Below the pieces are notes generated by a model. That model saw nothing but the letters and a program-made list of their open reading frames with translations. It made no database searches and had not been told where the DNA came from. A stretch of 64,000 nt of DNA from Chiloscyllium plagiosum (lineage: Eukaryota), in NCBI RefSeq assembly GCF_004010195.1, contig NC_057719.1, forward strand, positions 69,181,845 to 69,245,844, in the 5' to 3' direction. This document shows positions 61,792-64,000 of the stretch, piece after piece. The stretch's first letter is position 1. Every line of letters begins with the position of its first letter. The translations under genes were made by a program, and so were the position numbers.

Positions 61792-64000
61792 ACTGTGTAG
61801 AACTGAGCCAGGCTATATTAACTATTGCAAGATATCCCCTCAGCCAGTGATAATTTAACACATAGCAGTGATATGGTAGAAGTGCTGTGAGAACTTGTAT
61901 ATTTATACGGATTTAAGATATTGTGTGTCACAGTGTAGCAGGAAAAATAAAAGCCCATCTGGACTACCATAAATAGAATTTATGTTTGATGCAGCACCAG
62001 AACATCTCAATTGAATTATTGAAATTGATCTCCTTTCAGATGTTCTGTTAGGTTTCTGTACACACAAATCAAATCTGAATTTGGTGAGAGACTGTGTGTC
62101 ACAGTGATGCCTTTGAGACACAAAGATATGGGATGAAAATATCTATCTCTGCCTGACAGATGGATGAGCGGCATATGTTTTGAGCCCAAATACCTTAAAT
62201 GATGAGACAGAGTGGCAGCAGAGAGGAAGTGAAGTACGTCCTGTATTCTGGATCCCATCACCTGGTGGGATGTCTGTTCAGGTTGAGAAATGGCCTCTTC
62301 AGTCACGTGAAGAAACATGTCAAAAACTTGCCATTGAGTTGACATCATCTTCAACATAAGGGATTGTTGCTGTCAACAGGTGGCATATTTGCATTGGCAT
62401 TTTGATAGAATCCACCAAATTCCTACCCAGTGAAAGACAATAGCAAAGAATAGTCCACAATTCACACAAACAGTACTGTAGGAGTTGTTGACTCAGTTGT
62501 TGCCACACGTCTCTGTCCTATGCTTGTTAACTATCCCTTGGCAGTAATGACAGAGCATAATGCGTACCCAGTATCCTCACCAACATTTTCCCTCATCTTA
62601 ACAGAAAAATGTCTTCATATTTGTTGCTTGTAAGATCCCAAACGTCTTGTGCACCCCCCCTTCTCTTTCCTTACCTTACCTGCCTTATGCAGCCTTACTT
62701 TGTTGGCATAGCTGACAGGTGGTGTCAGGAGAAATGATGGATCAGTATTTTAAGCCTCTCAGAAAAGATTGTGACCCAGGCAGTTGAGTTCTAAGCCCAC
62801 ACACTTCCCTAAATCATGTCCAAGCTAAGTGAATAGATTTCAACAGCAGCAAGAATAATGAGAAGAATTAAAAGGATATAATTCTAATTTAGACTGATTA
62901 TTCGACTTTTAAACCATTAGATTTTAAAGTGAAAACCAGTTTAGCATTATAATTAATCAATTTTTTCTTTCAATATCTTGTAAAAATGGCAACCTTAAAT
63001 GGAACAAAATGGAGGTCAAGATGGAGTGGGAAGATCATGTGAGAATCTGCATATAGCGCAAATGATCAACGTAACTGGTTAAACTATCAGTCTCGCGCAC
63101 GATCTTCTCATTCTACAGAAAACTCTAATTTTACTGATCAAAGATTCGTAGATTAATAATTGTTTCAAATTTATTCCGATGGAAAGTAAAACCAGTAGGA
63201 AATTCAGACTATTGCCAAAATTATGAACAACGCACCGAAAGTACTTGACCGTTACTATGCAATGTTGATCAGAGATTCAAGACCATTTCCCTGAAGCTCT
63301 CTCCACTGTGCACTTGCCCCAGTGTGCCTGGCAATTTCCACTCAGCTTGGGAAATAATTCTGCTGTCTGTTAGATGCAGAATCAATGGTTAAAACGGCAG
63401 TTAATTGCCTATCATTGTATCAATGCAGTAAAATGACAGCTGTTCAAAGGGGGTCCTCATTTGATTTAAAATCCAGTTAAAAGATGAAACGGGGGGCTGT
63501 GATGCTAAGATCCCAACCTAATGCTAGTTTTGAGGTATTTAGCTCCCCATATTTAGTCAAAACCACCTCCCCTCATCTGAGAAAATTTGGTTTGGTAAAA
63601 TTGACAGTGAGAGAGAGTGGAAACACCGTTAATTATTTATCAGGCCAATCTGCGGTTGTCATATATATTGTCGTTCTAACATTTTCTGTTTTCAGTTGAA
63701 TATGAGCTTAATGTTGCATATAGATTAAGTAAAATATATAGGCCGATACTCTGTTTATGACCACTTCTGAACTTAAAAGAAGTTGGTGAAATGTAGATTC
63801 AAAAGAAATTCTCATTGTTACATATGATTTTGGAAGGCTGCCACTATTAGGAATTAAGAGAGGATTATGTTGGATTTTGGTTCTTTCAGGAATTAGGACT
63901 GACTGCAGCTTAGCCTTGGCTACATTGGTATTAAATTAAATGCATTTCTGTCTTAGAGTTCATCCTTTAGCCTGTTGTGACTTTGGAGTGACTTCCAAAT

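Noticed and set aside
61968..63125. Possible decayed Harbinger-type DNA transposon (also ~8044-8230 and ~34330-36570)
   Set aside because: Only vague terminal and subterminal similarity; no convincing TIR/TSD pair or transposase motif

Overview
Eukaryotic, repeat-dense vertebrate DNA; the repeat set (HE1-type tRNA-SINEs sharing a 3' tail with CR1/HER1-type LINEs, Penelope-like elements, solo LTRs) points to a shark or other elasmobranch (inference). More than half of the window is decayed or nested retroelements, and nearly all ORFs in the supplied track are retroelement fragments or chance ORFs. Non-repeat content: a CpG-island promoter at ~5.4-5.6 kb (ETS, CRE, GC boxes) and widely spaced + strand exons (5850-5886, 25354-25595, 37251-37392, 38718-39066, possibly 18796-18865). 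These splice in phase, but two carry frameshifts, so this is either a decaying pseudogene or an assembly-indel-affected gene that I could not identify. The most striking signal is RNA structure: about 15 minimal hammerhead-ribozyme motifs (CUGAnGA-stem II-GAAA-palindromic ACGU/AGCU-UH-stem I) from four sequence families. They sit in Penelope-like pLTRs and in very short (83-205 bp) TSD-flanked insertions, several folded back into long hairpins. There is one assembly gap (33050-33216). All calls were made by eye; no database search was run.
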